Notes: generated by a model not told the origin, from the letters alone. A DNA stretch of 64,000 bases from Bacteroidia bacterium (GCA_965279035.1 OZ257142.1:2057302-2121301); one strand, 5' to 3'; positions 51,298 to 62,167 are shown, numbered from the stretch's first letter. Numbers and translations are program-made.

Positions 51298-52524
51298 TTA
51301 GAATTGAGTTGCAGCTATTAACAAATCAAGGTCTTTATATGGAATGTTATACGTTTCTCCAATGTATTTATGGGTGATGATTCCATTATATATGTAAACA
51401 CCATTCCGAACACCGGCATTGATTCGCAAATAATTATCAATTCCTCCTTTATCGCCCATATCTAAGAGAATAGGAGTGAAGATATTACTTAAAGCGAGGG
51501 AAGCCGTTTGGGAAACACGTGATGCCACATTCGGAACACAATAATGCGTTACTCCATATTTTTTAAAAACCGGATTTGCATGATTGGTTACCTGAGACGT
51601 TTCGAAACAACCGCCTTGGTCGATCGAAATATCTACGATCACCGAACCGAATTTCATATTACTCACCATTTCGTCAGTAACAACGATGGGCGTTCTTCCT
51701 TCTTTTGCTCGTAAAGCACCAATAACTACATCGGCTGTTGCAAGAGCAGCTTCTAATTGCCGAGGTTCAATAATCGAAGTGAATAGACGTTGACCTAAAT
51801 CGTTTTGAATACGACGAAGACGGTACAAAGAATTATCAAACACTTTCACATGAGCACCTAAACCAATAGCAGCACGTGCAGCAAATTCGCTCACTGTTCC
51901 TGAACCGATTATGACTACTTCGGTTGGAGGAACACCCGAAATGCCACCGAGCATCATTCCTATTCCATGGTTGGTAGTGCTTAAATATTCGGCGGCAATA
52001 AGTATGGAGGTATTTCCTGCAATTTCGCTCATCGATCGAACAACAGGATAAATCCCCGAACGATCTTTAATGTAATCGAAAGCTAATCCAGTAATTTTTT
52101 TGGAAATGAGATGATTGAAGAAATTTTTCTGCTGAACCGTTAATTGCAGTGCTGAAATTAGCTTCTGCTTTTGGTTCATCATTTCAATTTCATCGAACGT
52201 TGGTGGAGCAACTTTTAAAACGATATCGCATTTATAAACCTGTTCAGGTCCATAGGCTATCGTTGCACCAGCATCACTATAATCTTTGTCCTGATAATTG
52301 GCATTTGCTCCAGCACCACTTTCAACTGTAACCATATGTCCATTGTTTACCAATACTGCAACCGCAGCTGGAACAAGGGAAACGCGTCGTTCTTGGAAAG
52401 AAGTTTCTTTAGGAATTCCAATTTGAAGTTGGCTAGTGCGGCGGCCTACTTCCAACATTTCTTCTTGGGGAAGGAGCACATTGCTTTGAGAAAAACGAAG
52501 CAATGGATTACGATCATCGGTCAT
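51298..52524 (-). CDS. ald: Alanine dehydrogenase (AlaDH/PNT family)
   Basis: Rossmann motif VIIGSGTVS. DISIDQGGCFETS...HYCVPN matches the AlaDH active-site region. Confidence 0.75.
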   Translation of the reverse strand: MTDDRNPLLRFSQSNVLLPQEEMLEVGRRTSQLQIGIPKETSFQERRVSLVPAAVAVLVNNGHMVTVESGAGANANYQDKDYSDAGATIAYGPEQVYKCDIVLKVAPPTFDEIEMMNQKQKLISALQLTVQQKNFFNHLISKKITGLAFDYIKDRSGIYPVVRSMSEIAGNTSILIAAEYLSTTNHGIGMMLGGISGVPPTEVVIIGSGTVSEFAARAAIGLGAHVKVFDNSLYRLRRIQNDLGQRLFTSIIEPRQLEAALATADVVIGALRAKEGRTPIVVTDEMVSNMKFGSVIVDISIDQGGCFETSQVTNHANPVFKKYGVTHYCVPNVASRVSQTASLALSNIFTPILLDMGDKGGIDNYLRINAGVRNGVYIYNGIITHKYIGETYNIPYKDLDLLIAATQF

Positions 52525-52538
52525 ACAGGAGAAATCAA

Positions 52539-52985
52539 TTAATCGCCTAAAGATACATTTCCCGAATGGTTCTGCATATGAATCGTTCGAACTTCTTGCT
52601 CTTCAATAATCTTAATGTCCACATAATTAGTTGGCAAGAGTGATTCAATTTTTTCGGGCCACTCAATAAAACACCATGCACCACTTGAAATATATTCATC
52701 AAAACCAATTGCTATGGCTTCTTCTACATGTTTAATTCGGTAAAAATCGAAATGATAAATTCGTTCATCATTCGATAAAGCATATTCATTCACAATTCCG
52801 TATGTTGGACTGCTAACCGAATCTAGCGTTCCCAACTCTTTACATATAGTTCGGATAAACGTTGTTTTCCCGCTACCCATTTCACCTCTAAAAGCAAAAA
52901 CACGTTGACTTGAAAAATGACGGAATAAAATAGTTCTTGCTTCTTTTAATTCTTCAAGAGTTTTGCAGATAATAGTAAAGTCCAT
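52539..52985 (-). CDS. tsaE: tRNA threonylcarbamoyladenosine biosynthesis ATPase TsaE
   Basis: GEMGSGKTTF P-loop. 148 aa. Confidence 0.85.
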   Translation of the reverse strand: MDFTIICKTLEELKEARTILFRHFSSQRVFAFRGEMGSGKTTFIRTICKELGTLDSVSSPTYGIVNEYALSNDERIYHFDFYRIKHVEEAIAIGFDEYISSGAWCFIEWPEKIESLLPTNYVDIKIIEEQEVRTIHMQNHSGNVSLGD

Positions 52986-53080
52986 CGTTTACTTTTCGGA
53001 ATGCAAAGATACTCGTTGAATGATGGAAATGGAATTGACATTTAAAAGCTACTAGATTTTCGTTGATTTGAATTAAATAA

Positions 53081-53758
53081 TTGGGAATGGAAAGACCAGC
53101 ATTTGGGATTTTGTTTGATTGTGATGGAACGCTTACAGATTCATTGGATCAGGCGATGTCGTCCTTTGTTTATGCATTAAGTAAATTAGGAATGGGATAT
53201 ATTTCGGAAGCAGAAATTCATCAATTATTTGGGATTTCGGCCGATAAAATATTGCTTCATTTCTGTAAGAATGATCAAGAACAAGGTGCTCGAGCATTTG
53301 AATTGTTTTTATAAAACCAGCAAGAACTTGCGAAGAAAACAAACTTGCATGATGGAATTTCTGAATTAGTAATGAAATTGTTTGACATGAATATTCCTAT
53401 GGGAATTGTTACTGGGAGACATTCGGCAGATTTAGATATTTTACTAGCACCGCATCAACTAAATCAAGCTTTTCAGGTTAAGATTTGCGATAATCAAGTG
53501 TCGAAACCCAAGCCGAATCCGGAGGGTATATTAAAGGCAAGTTCATTTCTCTCTATTCCTCCTTTTAATTTGCTTTATATTGGAGATTCTCCAGTTGATA
53601 TTCAAGCGGCAACAGCTGCAGGGATGTATTCTGTAGCTGCTATTTGGGATTCGCATACGAACGAATAAGCTTTGCTAGAAAACAATCCAACGTATGTTAT
53701 TTATCATCCAAAAGAAATGATGGATGTATTAGTTGATTTTAAACAAAAAACCGGGTAA
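53081..53758 (+). pseudogene. HAD-superfamily hydrolase (phosphoglycolate-phosphatase-like) interrupted by two in-frame TAA codons (53312-53314, 53666-53668) but no frameshift
   Basis: Motif I FDCDGTLTDS. Motif II VTGR. Motif III/IV K...GDSPVD. All three segments are in the same frame, and the last reads ALLENNPTYVIYHPKEMMDVLVDF. Confidence 0.6.
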
Positions 53759-53799
53759 TACTTCGAAAGTAAAACCGGGTTTTAATTTTTTTTTACATC

Positions 53800-55353
53800 C
53801 TATTTTGTACTCAATGTTATAAAAGGTATGAGCATTTCTTCAAGTGAAATTCCTCCATGTTGGAAGGTATTTCGATAGTAATTCACGAAGTAATTATAGT
53901 TGTTCGGATAGGCAAAGAACATATCCTCTTTGGCAAATACAAATGCGGTACTCACATGTTGACGTGGTAAAAATATGTCAAGTGGATTCTTTACTTCATA
54001 CACATCCTTCTTTTCGTAATTCAAGTTTTTACCTTGTTTGTAACGAAGGTTTGTGTTCGTATTGCGATCACCAATGATTTTACTTGGATTGGTTACTCGT
54101 ATTGTACCATGATCGGTTGTAAGAATGAGTCGCGCTTTTTTATCAGCAATTTGGCGAAGAATATCGAGTAGGGGAGAATGTTCTAACCAAGAAACGGTAA
54201 TGGAGCGATAGGCTTTTTCATCATCTGCCAATTCTCGAATAACTTCCATTTCGGTTCGAGCATGAGAGAGCATGTCCACGAAATTGTAAACAATCGCATT
54301 GAATTTATTCCCCATCAAATTCGGAATATTTTCTGCTAATTTTTTACCTGCTTGGTTGTTGGTGACTTTGGTATAAGAAGTTTTGATGTCTTTTCCCAAA
54401 CGCTTGAGTTGCTCATTCATGAAGAATTCCTCATGCAAATTTTTTCCTCCTTCATCTTCATCATTCAACCAATGATTCGGATAACGTTTTTCAATTTCAG
54501 ACGGCATCAATCCAGCAAACATGGCATTTCGAGCATATTGAGTTGCCGTTGGCAAAATGGCACAGAACATTTCTTCAGTATCCACTTTAAAGTATTCTTG
54601 AAGAATCGGTTGCATCACTTTCCACTGGTCATATCGCATATTATCGATCAACACGAAAAAGGTACTCTCGTTTTTATCAATTTCAGGGACAACGCGTTGT
54701 TTGAAAATATTATGCGACAACAATGGTGGATTGGGATCTTTACCATTCACCCAGCCTTGATAATTATTGATTACATATTTAGAAAACTGTGTATTGGCTT
54801 CGGTTTTCTGCATACGAAGAATTTCTTCCATGCCTTCTTCCTTGCTTTTATTCAATTCCAACTCCCAGAAAACTAATTTCTGATATACTTCTTTCCATTC
54901 ATCTATAGAAAGTCGATCGCTCAAGGTCATTCCTATACTTCGGAATTCTTGCTGATACGCACTCGAAGTTTTTTCACGTATCAATCGTTTATTCTCTAAA
55001 TTCTTTTTTAGAGAAAGTAAAATCTGGTTTGGGTTGACAGGTTTAATTAAGTAATCAGAGATTTGAGAACCAATGGCGTCTTCCATGATATGCTCTTCCT
55101 CACTTTTAGTTATCATAACAACTGGAACATCGTTCTTTAGCTGTTTGATTTTTACGAGTGTTTCCAATCCCGATAAACCCGGCATATTTTCATCTAAGAA
55201 AACAATATCAAAATCTTGTTCCTTGAATAAATCGAGAGCATCATCTCCACAATTAGCCGTTTGAACATCATATCCTTTATCTCTTAAAAAGAGGATGTGT
55301 GGTTTTAATAATTCAATTTCGTCGTCCGCCCAAAGTATGTTAATCTTGTCCAT
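53800..55353 (-). CDS. porX: PorX-like two-component response regulator: CheY-like receiver domain fused to a PglZ (alkaline-phosphatase superfamily) domain
   Basis: REC domain (ILWADDE...DIVFLDENMPGLSG). About 350-aa C-terminal PglZ-type domain. 517 aa matches PorX architecture. Confidence 0.6.
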   Translation of the reverse strand: MDKINILWADDEIELLKPHILFLRDKGYDVQTANCGDDALDLFKEQDFDIVFLDENMPGLSGLETLVKIKQLKNDVPVVMITKSEEEHIMEDAIGSQISDYLIKPVNPNQILLSLKKNLENKRLIREKTSSAYQQEFRSIGMTLSDRLSIDEWKEVYQKLVFWELELNKSKEEGMEEILRMQKTEANTQFSKYVINNYQGWVNGKDPNPPLLSHNIFKQRVVPEIDKNESTFFVLIDNMRYDQWKVMQPILQEYFKVDTEEMFCAILPTATQYARNAMFAGLMPSEIEKRYPNHWLNDEDEGGKNLHEEFFMNEQLKRLGKDIKTSYTKVTNNQAGKKLAENIPNLMGNKFNAIVYNFVDMLSHARTEMEVIRELADDEKAYRSITVSWLEHSPLLDILRQIADKKARLILTTDHGTIRVTNPSKIIGDRNTNTNLRYKQGKNLNYEKKDVYEVKNPLDIFLPRQHVSTAFVFAKEDMFFAYPNNYNYFVNYYRNTFQHGGISLEEMLIPFITLSTK

Positions 55354-55414
55354 GTATCTTTGCTGTAATTAGGTGTCCAAAAGTACCTGATGAAACTGCA
55401 CAAATCCGTTAATA

Positions 55415-56665
55415 TTGCCGGTGAACCTTACGCGAAACAAAAAAAAAATAGTGAATGATCCAGTATATGGTTTCATTTCTATTCCCGACGAATTACTTTT
55501 TGATCTGATTGAACATCCTTGGTTTCAACGTTTACGGCGAATTCGTCAACTTGGACTAACTGATTATGTGTATCCTGGAGCACAACATACGCGATTTCAT
55601 CATGCTTTGGGGGCGATGCATTTGATGGGTTTAGCTATTGAGAATCTTCGTTCTAAGGGACATGAGATAACTGATGAAGAATTTTTGGCTGCGCGTGCAG
55701 CAATTTTACTTCACGATATAGGTCATGGACCATTCTCTCATGCCTTGGAAAGTTCTATTGTGAATGGATTACATCACGAACAGTTGTCATTGTTATTTAT
55801 GCAAGAACTGAATCGTCAGTTTGATGGAAAGCTCTCAATGACAATTGATATTTTCACTGGAAATTATCCCAAACATTTTTTACATCAATTGGTTTCAAGT
55901 CAACTCGATGTAGATCGGCTTGATTATCTCAATCGAGATAGTTTCTATTCGGGCGTTGCTGAAGGAGCTGTTGGAGCTGAGCGAATAATAAAGATGATGG
56001 AAGTTGTTGATGACGAATTAGTTTTGGAAGAAAAAGGAATATACAGTATTGAAAAGTTTTTGCTTGCTCGTCGTTTAATGTATTGGCAAGTGTATTTACA
56101 CAAGACTGTTTTATCTGCCGAAAATCTCTTATCAAATATGTTGAGAAGAGCTAAATTCCTCACTCAAAATGGGGAAGTAGTTTTTGCAACTAATAGTTTG
56201 AAGTACTTTCTAGAACATTCTATGTCATCTTCATCAGATGTTGGAAATTTAGAGCTTATACAACGATTCGCTCACTTGGATGATTATGATATATTTGCAT
56301 CCGCAAAAGAATGGATGACTCATTCCGACAAAATTCTTTCTGAGCTGAGTACCAGATTGATAGAGCGAAAGTTGTTTAAAATCAAATTAAACAATCAACC
56401 ATTTGACTTAATGGAAGTCGATGAGCTCGAATCAAAATGGCAGTTAAAAGGATTTACGGAAGAAGAGACAAAATATTTTGTCTTTACAGGAGGAATCACA
56501 AACAGTGCTTACAAACAAGGTGAAGAAAAAATTAATATTTTACTCAAAAGCGGAAAAGTGCTCGACATTAGAGAAGCATCTGATCAACTTAGAATGTCAA
56601 TTTTTTCTGAATCAACACGGAAATACTTTTTGTGTTATCCCAAAGATTTAGACACGGTTCAATAG
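55415..56665 (+). CDS. HD-domain phosphohydrolase
   Basis: HTRFHHALG...LLHDIGHGPFSH HD motif. ORF start is TTG; a GTG start near KKIVNDP is also possible. Confidence 0.7.
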   Translation: MPVNLTRNKKKIVNDPVYGFISIPDELLFDLIEHPWFQRLRRIRQLGLTDYVYPGAQHTRFHHALGAMHLMGLAIENLRSKGHEITDEEFLAARAAILLHDIGHGPFSHALESSIVNGLHHEQLSLLFMQELNRQFDGKLSMTIDIFTGNYPKHFLHQLVSSQLDVDRLDYLNRDSFYSGVAEGAVGAERIIKMMEVVDDELVLEEKGIYSIEKFLLARRLMYWQVYLHKTVLSAENLLSNMLRRAKFLTQNGEVVFATNSLKYFLEHSMSSSSDVGNLELIQRFAHLDDYDIFASAKEWMTHSDKILSELSTRLIERKLFKIKLNNQPFDLMEVDELESKWQLKGFTEEETKYFVFTGGITNSAYKQGEEKINILLKSGKVLDIREASDQLRMSIFSESTRKYFLCYPKDLDTVQ

Positions 56666-56671
56666 ATACGA

Positions 56672-57718
56672 ATGGAATTTACAGCGCAACAGTTAGCCGA
56701 GCTGCTTCAGGGCAGAGTAGAAGGAGACCCGGGAGTTCGGGTGAATCGTTTAGCGAAAATTGAAGAAGGAGAACCTGGTTCTTTAACATTTCTAGCAAAT
56801 CCTAAGTACGAGGATTTTATATATTCAACCAAGGCTTCCCTAGTAATAGTAAACGATTCATTTATTCCTGATCGTCCTATTTCAACCAACTTGATAAAAG
56901 TAAAGGACGCTTATAAAAGTTTTGCTGTATTACTCGATACGTACAACAAAATCAGCCAAAACAGATCAGGAAGAGAGGAGCCCCACACTATTGCAGCTTC
57001 TGCCCGAATCGGAGAAAATCCTTACATCGGTGCTTTTGTCTACATCGGCGAAAATTCGATAATTGGAAACAATGTTAAATTATATCCCGGAGTATATATT
57101 GGGGACAATGTTTCTATTGGTGATGACACCATGTTATTTCCAGGAGTAAAGGTGTATTCGGATTGTAAAATTGGAAAAGATTGTCGTATCCATTCAGGAG
57201 TAGTTATTGGCGGCGATGGATTTGGATTTGCGCCTCAAGACGACTCGAATTATTTGAAGGTTGCCCAGATTGGGAATGTGATAATAGAAGATCATGTTGA
57301 AATTGGTTCGAACACAACCATTGATAGAGCAACATTAGGTTCCACAATTATTCGAAAAGGTGTTAAGCTGGATAATCTAATTCAAATAGCACATAATGTT
57401 GAAATTGGTGAACACACTGTGATTGCAGCTCAAACTGGAATAGCTGGTTCTACTAAAATTGGACGTTTTTGTATGATTGGCGGTCAAGTAGGAATTGTTG
57501 GACACCTAGTTATTGCAGATAAGGTGAAAATTGCGGCCCAATCAGGTATCGGTTCTAGTATTGTCAAAGAAGGTGAAATTATTCAAGGTTCTCCTGCGTT
57601 CTTTATTGGAGACTATAAAAAATCGTATGTCGGTTTTAGGAAATTACCTGAGCTGATGATAAAAATCGAAGAACTCGAGCGAAAGCTGGAAGAATTGCAA
57701 AAGCAGAACAATGGCTGA
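56672..57718 (+). CDS. lpxD: UDP-3-O-(3-hydroxyacyl)glucosamine N-acyltransferase
   Basis: Left-handed beta-helix hexapeptide repeats. Gene order lpxD-lpxC/fabZ-lpxA. Confidence 0.85.
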   Translation: MEFTAQQLAELLQGRVEGDPGVRVNRLAKIEEGEPGSLTFLANPKYEDFIYSTKASLVIVNDSFIPDRPISTNLIKVKDAYKSFAVLLDTYNKISQNRSGREEPHTIAASARIGENPYIGAFVYIGENSIIGNNVKLYPGVYIGDNVSIGDDTMLFPGVKVYSDCKIGKDCRIHSGVVIGGDGFGFAPQDDSNYLKVAQIGNVIIEDHVEIGSNTTIDRATLGSTIIRKGVKLDNLIQIAHNVEIGEHTVIAAQTGIAGSTKIGRFCMIGGQVGIVGHLVIADKVKIAAQSGIGSSIVKEGEIIQGSPAFFIGDYKKSYVGFRKLPELMIKIEELERKLEELQKQNNG

Positions 57719-59120
57719 AAAACAACAAACAATTGCTAAGCGTCAATCTATACGCGGAGTTGGCTTACACACTGGGGTTCAAGTGGAATTAACATTTGTT
57801 CCCGCTCCTGAAAATTATGGAATCCGATTCATTCGAGTTGATTTAGAAGGACAACCTGAAATAGCTGCAGATGTAGATAATGTAGTTGAAACTTCGCGTG
57901 GAACTACCATCGCAGTGAATGAAGCTAAGGTTTCAACAGTTGAACATGCATTAGCTGCTGCTGCAGGACTCCAAATTGACAATTTGATTATTGAAATCAA
58001 TGGTCCCGAGGTTCCAATTTTAGATGGAAGCGCTCGATTTTTCATCGAATCATTGGAAGAAGCAGGCATTGTTGAACAAGATGCAGAACGCGATTATTAT
58101 GAGTTGAAAACCAATGTGTTTTTTACTGATCCCGCTCGAAATGTTGAGATAATGGCTGTGCCTTCTGATACATATAAGGTGAAAGTTATGATCGACTTTA
58201 ATAGTCGTGTACTTGGATTTCAGCATGCTCAATTAAATAACATTGTTGAATTTAAAGATGAAGTTGCATCCTGTAGAACCTTTGTATTTCTGCATGAGTT
58301 GAAAATGCTTTTTGAGAATAATTTGATAAAGGGTGGAGATCTAAGTAATGCCATCGTTTACGTTGATCGTCAGCTTTCTGTTGAAGATCAAAATGTCCTT
58401 TCAAAATTGTTCAATCGTAACGACCTAACAGTTACCAACGAAGGCACATTGAATAATGTTGAAATTAAATATCAAAATGAAGCCGCTCGTCATAAATTAT
58501 TGGATGTAGTTGGAGATCTTTCACTTATTGGAAGACCACTAAAAGCTACAATCATAGCAACTCGCCCTGGTCATGCTGCCAATATAGAGTTTGCTAAAAA
58601 AATAAAGCAATTGATCAAAGCTGAACGAAATCGTAAAACCGAACTTCAACCCTACGATCTATCTCAAACACCGCTTTATAACATTAATGATATTAGTAGA
58701 ATTCTTCCACATCGACATCCTTTTCTATTGATTGATAAAATCATGGAAATGAGCGAAAGCCATGTAGTTGGTGTAAAGAATGTAACGATGAATGAGGATT
58801 TTTTCAGAGGACATTTTCCTGGAAATCCTGTGATGCCAGGCGTTCTTATAATTGAAGCAATGGCTCAATGTGGTGGAATTCTAGTTTTAAATACTGTTCC
58901 AGATCCTGAAAATTATCTTACCTATTTCATGAAAATAGATAATGTAAAATTCAAACAAAAAGTAATTCCAGGTGATACACTTGTTTTCAAATTGGAATTG
59001 ATTTCACCAATTCGTAGAGGTATTTGTCACATGCGTGGAGTTGCATATGTAAACAATAAACCGGTTACAGAAGCCGAAATGATGGCTCAAATTGTTAAAG
59101 AGAAAGGTTTAAGCAATTAA
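57711..59120 (+). CDS. lpxC/fabZ: Bifunctional UDP-3-O-acyl-GlcNAc deacetylase LpxC / 3-hydroxyacyl-ACP dehydratase FabZ fusion
   Basis: N-terminal LpxC (GVGLHTG...HALAAAAG) and C-terminal FabZ hot-dog (HFPGNPVMPGVL). 469 aa. Confidence 0.85.
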   Translation: MAEKQQTIAKRQSIRGVGLHTGVQVELTFVPAPENYGIRFIRVDLEGQPEIAADVDNVVETSRGTTIAVNEAKVSTVEHALAAAAGLQIDNLIIEINGPEVPILDGSARFFIESLEEAGIVEQDAERDYYELKTNVFFTDPARNVEIMAVPSDTYKVKVMIDFNSRVLGFQHAQLNNIVEFKDEVASCRTFVFLHELKMLFENNLIKGGDLSNAIVYVDRQLSVEDQNVLSKLFNRNDLTVTNEGTLNNVEIKYQNEAARHKLLDVVGDLSLIGRPLKATIIATRPGHAANIEFAKKIKQLIKAERNRKTELQPYDLSQTPLYNINDISRILPHRHPFLLIDKIMEMSESHVVGVKNVTMNEDFFRGHFPGNPVMPGVLIIEAMAQCGGILVLNTVPDPENYLTYFMKIDNVKFKQKVIPGDTLVFKLELISPIRRGICHMRGVAYVNNKPVTEAEMMAQIVKEKGLSN

Positions 59121-59155
59121 TTACAAAAGCCTACATTTGGCTCCTAAATATAGGA

Positions 59156-59941
59156 ATGAATCAACCACTCGCTTCTATTCATCCCGATGCTAAAATCGGT
59201 GAAGGTGTTACCATCAGCCCTTTTGTAACTATTTATGGTGATGTTGTCATCGGCGATGGTACTTGGATTGGTCCCAATGTTACCATTATGGATGGTGCTC
59301 GCATTGGGAAAAACTGTCGAATTTTTCCCGGTGCTGTAATTTCAGCAATCCCGCAGGATCTTAAATTCAATGGAGAAATAACTACTGTTGAAATCGGTGA
59401 TTATACAACCATTCGAGAATGTGCAACAATCAATCGAGGCACTGTCGACAGAATGAAAACCGTTGTTGGCCACCATACAAACATAATGGCATATGCTCAT
59501 GTGGCTCATGATTGCATTGTAGGAAATTATTGCATCTTAGGAAATGCTGTAAATATGGCTGGACACGTTGTTGTTGATGACTATACCGTTTTGAGTGGCA
59601 TGTCGGCGATACATCAATTTGTTCACATTGGTGCTCATGTTATGGTTTCTGGTGGTTCATTAGTGAGAAAAGATATTCCGCCTTTTGTAAAAGCAGCACG
59701 CGAACCAATGTCTTACGTAGGTATTAACTCGATTGGACTTCGTCGCAGAGGATTTAGTAACGAACGAATTAGCGAAATTCAGGATATATATCGTGTTCTT
59801 TTTCAAAGTGGGTTGAATACAACCAAAGCAATTCAAAAAATTGAAACAGACATGCCTGCAAGTCCAGAACGAGACGAAATCGTTTTATTTGTTCAAGCTG
59901 CTCGAAGAGGTATTATTCGGGGTTATGGATCTGAAGAATAG
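59156..59941 (+). CDS. lpxA: Acyl-ACP--UDP-N-acetylglucosamine O-acyltransferase
   Basis: Hexapeptide repeats, 261 aa, position after lpxC/fabZ. Confidence 0.85.
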   Translation: MNQPLASIHPDAKIGEGVTISPFVTIYGDVVIGDGTWIGPNVTIMDGARIGKNCRIFPGAVISAIPQDLKFNGEITTVEIGDYTTIRECATINRGTVDRMKTVVGHHTNIMAYAHVAHDCIVGNYCILGNAVNMAGHVVVDDYTVLSGMSAIHQFVHIGAHVMVSGGSLVRKDIPPFVKAAREPMSYVGINSIGLRRRGFSNERISEIQDIYRVLFQSGLNTTKAIQKIETDMPASPERDEIVLFVQAARRGIIRGYGSEE

Positions 59942-59955
59942 AAACCATCAATGAG

Positions 59956-60579
59956 ATGGAAATAATTCTGAATGAAGTAGGTAAGAGATATAACTTCAAC
60001 TGGATATTCAACAATCTAAGTTTGAATATTTCAGAAAATCAACGCATCGTTTTTTTAGGTGCTAATGGAAGTGGAAAATCTACTTTACTTCAGATTATTT
60101 CAGGTGCTGTTCTAAATTCAACAGGCACAATTCAATGGATGCACAATGGGATGGAGATTCAACCTGAATTCGTCTATCAACAGGTCAGTATCGCAGCTCC
60201 TTATCTTGAATTAATTGAGGAATTCACATTGAAAGAGCTTATACGATTTCATTTTTCAATTAAGAAATCGCGAAATGGATTATCTGTAGATCAAATCATA
60301 AAAATGACTGGTTTGCACAAAGCTGCTGATCGAAGAATTAGCTATTTCTCAAGTGGAATGCGCCAACGTGTTCGGCTATCTCTAGCTTTATTAAGTGATA
60401 CTCCTTTGGTATTGTTAGATGAGCCTTTGTCAAATCTCGACTCAAATGCTGCTTTGTGGTATCGTGATTTGATTGAAGAATTTGGGAACGATAGAACTAT
60501 TATTGTTAGCTCAAACCATCAAGAAAATGAATTTTCATTCTGTACTCAGAGTTTGACTATTGAAGATTATCATTTGTAA
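59956..60579 (+). CDS. ABC transporter ATP-binding protein
   Basis: Walker A GANGSGKST, signature-like FSSGMRQRV, Walker B LVLLDEP. Confidence 0.75.
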   Translation: MEIILNEVGKRYNFNWIFNNLSLNISENQRIVFLGANGSGKSTLLQIISGAVLNSTGTIQWMHNGMEIQPEFVYQQVSIAAPYLELIEEFTLKELIRFHFSIKKSRNGLSVDQIIKMTGLHKAADRRISYFSSGMRQRVRLSLALLSDTPLVLLDEPLSNLDSNAALWYRDLIEEFGNDRTIIVSSNHQENEFSFCTQSLTIEDYHL

Positions 60580-61082
60580 TGCGCATTGGTCTATTATCCG
60601 ATACACATAGTTATCTCGATAAAGGAATTCTTCGAAATTTAGAATCGTGTGATGAAATATGGCATGCGGGTGATATTGGTTCGATCGAAGTTACCAATCA
60701 ATTGGCAGAATTAAAGCCTATCAGAGCAGTTTATGGGAATATTGATGATGCAGAATTACGAAGATCTTTTCCTGAAGATTTAAGATTTAATTGCGAAGGA
60801 ATGGATGTCCTCATTACGCATATCGGAGGTTATCCTGGTCGTTATTCATTGCATGCAGCAGATTTAATTAAAAGTAATCCTCCGCAGCTTTTTATTTGTG
60901 GACATTCCCATATTTTGAAAGTTATACCTGATAATAAATACAAACTATTACACATAAATCCTGGCGCCGCAGGACAACATGGTTTTCATCTTATTCGAAC
61001 TCTAATTCGGTTTTCAATTGATGAAGGTAAAATTCATAGTCTTGAAGCAGTTGAATTAGGCAAAAGAGGCTTTTTGGGTTAA
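60579..61082 (+). CDS. Metallophosphoesterase (YfcE-like)
   Basis: LLSDTHS...GDIG...GHSH motifs. 167 aa. Confidence 0.75.
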   Translation: MRIGLLSDTHSYLDKGILRNLESCDEIWHAGDIGSIEVTNQLAELKPIRAVYGNIDDAELRRSFPEDLRFNCEGMDVLITHIGGYPGRYSLHAADLIKSNPPQLFICGHSHILKVIPDNKYKLLHINPGAAGQHGFHLIRTLIRFSIDEGKIHSLEAVELGKRGFLG

Positions 61083-62167
61083 ACTTCAATTTCTTTTGGG
61101 AAAACAATATTTAAGTTAGCTGCTAGTATCTGAAGATCTTGAATCACTTTCTCATTGAATGGAATTCCATTGTTTCTTCTAAATATTTCCATTTCTCTTT
61201 CTGGATCTCCCGGTATAATTACCTTTTCTTGACTTGAAACTGTTTTAGCATTTCTAAACGTTCGAATCCAATTATCCATATTGGAAAGAAAATCATTCGC
61301 AGGCCGAAAGGCATCAATCCTCATTGCTCCAAAGAAATGACCAATTCCTTCACCAACTGGATCTGAAGGTGGATCTAGAAATGCAACAAAAGGAGGAACC
61401 CAAGGTCCATAGTTAGCTCCTGACAATACAGCTGAAAATATATCTACTACAGCTCCTAAACAGTAGCCTTTATGACTACCGTGTTCTTTATCTCCACCTA
61501 AAGGTAATAAAGCACCACCTGAAGCAAGTGCAAAAGGATCATTAGTATTATTACCTTCTTTCGTTTGAATCCAGCCATCAGGAGCTTCTTTTCCTGTACG
61601 TTGAAGAATTTCTAGTTTACCATTAGCAGCTGTTGTTGTTGCAAAATCAGCAACAAAGGGAGGTTCTTTATCTGCGGGAATAGCAAAAGCCATTGGGTTT
61701 GTCCCCAGTAATCTTTCAATTGACCACGTAGGAGCTACCAAAGGGCTGGCATTGGTCATCGCTATTCCTATCATATTTTCTTTTATTGCCATCATCGCAT
61801 GCTCTCCTGCAATACCAAAATGGTTTGATCCTTTTACTGCAACCCAGCCGGTTCCAGCTTTTCGGGCTTTTTCTATAGCAATCTTCATGGCATAGGGTGC
61901 AGCAACCAAACCAAGAGCACCATCAGCATTTACTGTTGCAGTTGAAGGTGTTTCATATATAATATGAATGTTGGGTTGTGTATTTATTCTGCCTTTTTCC
62001 CATAATCTTAGATAACCACTTAATCGAGCTAATCCATGAGAATCAATACCTCTCAAATCGGCCGATAATAAAACAGTTGAAGCTGTGTTTGCATCGTTTT
62101 CAGAACAACCCATTTTTAAGAAAACTAGGTTTGCAAACAATAGCAATGAATTATAGGAGTATGTCAT
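61079..62167 (-). CDS. Ldh_2-family (malate/L-lactate dehydrogenase type 2-like) oxidoreductase
   Basis: About 360 aa with the pattern LRGIDSHGLARL...GSNHFG. Family assignment from memory. Confidence 0.5.
   Translation of the reverse strand: MTYSYNSLLLFANLVFLKMGCSENDANTASTVLLSADLRGIDSHGLARLSGYLRLWEKGRINTQPNIHIIYETPSTATVNADGALGLVAAPYAMKIAIEKARKAGTGWVAVKGSNHFGIAGEHAMMAIKENMIGIAMTNASPLVAPTWSIERLLGTNPMAFAIPADKEPPFVADFATTTAANGKLEILQRTGKEAPDGWIQTKEGNNTNDPFALASGGALLPLGGDKEHGSHKGYCLGAVVDIFSAVLSGANYGPWVPPFVAFLDPPSDPVGEGIGHFFGAMRIDAFRPANDFLSNMDNWIRTFRNAKTVSSQEKVIIPGDPEREMEIFRRNNGIPFNEKVIQDLQILAANLNIVFPKEIEV

Noticed and set aside
53700-53799. Direct repeat aaaaccgggt x2 between the HAD and porX genes as a possible regulatory site
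   Set aside because: It is a short, near-palindromic AT-rich stretch lying between convergent gene ends. It is more simply a weak bidirectional terminator, which is too weak to call as a feature.
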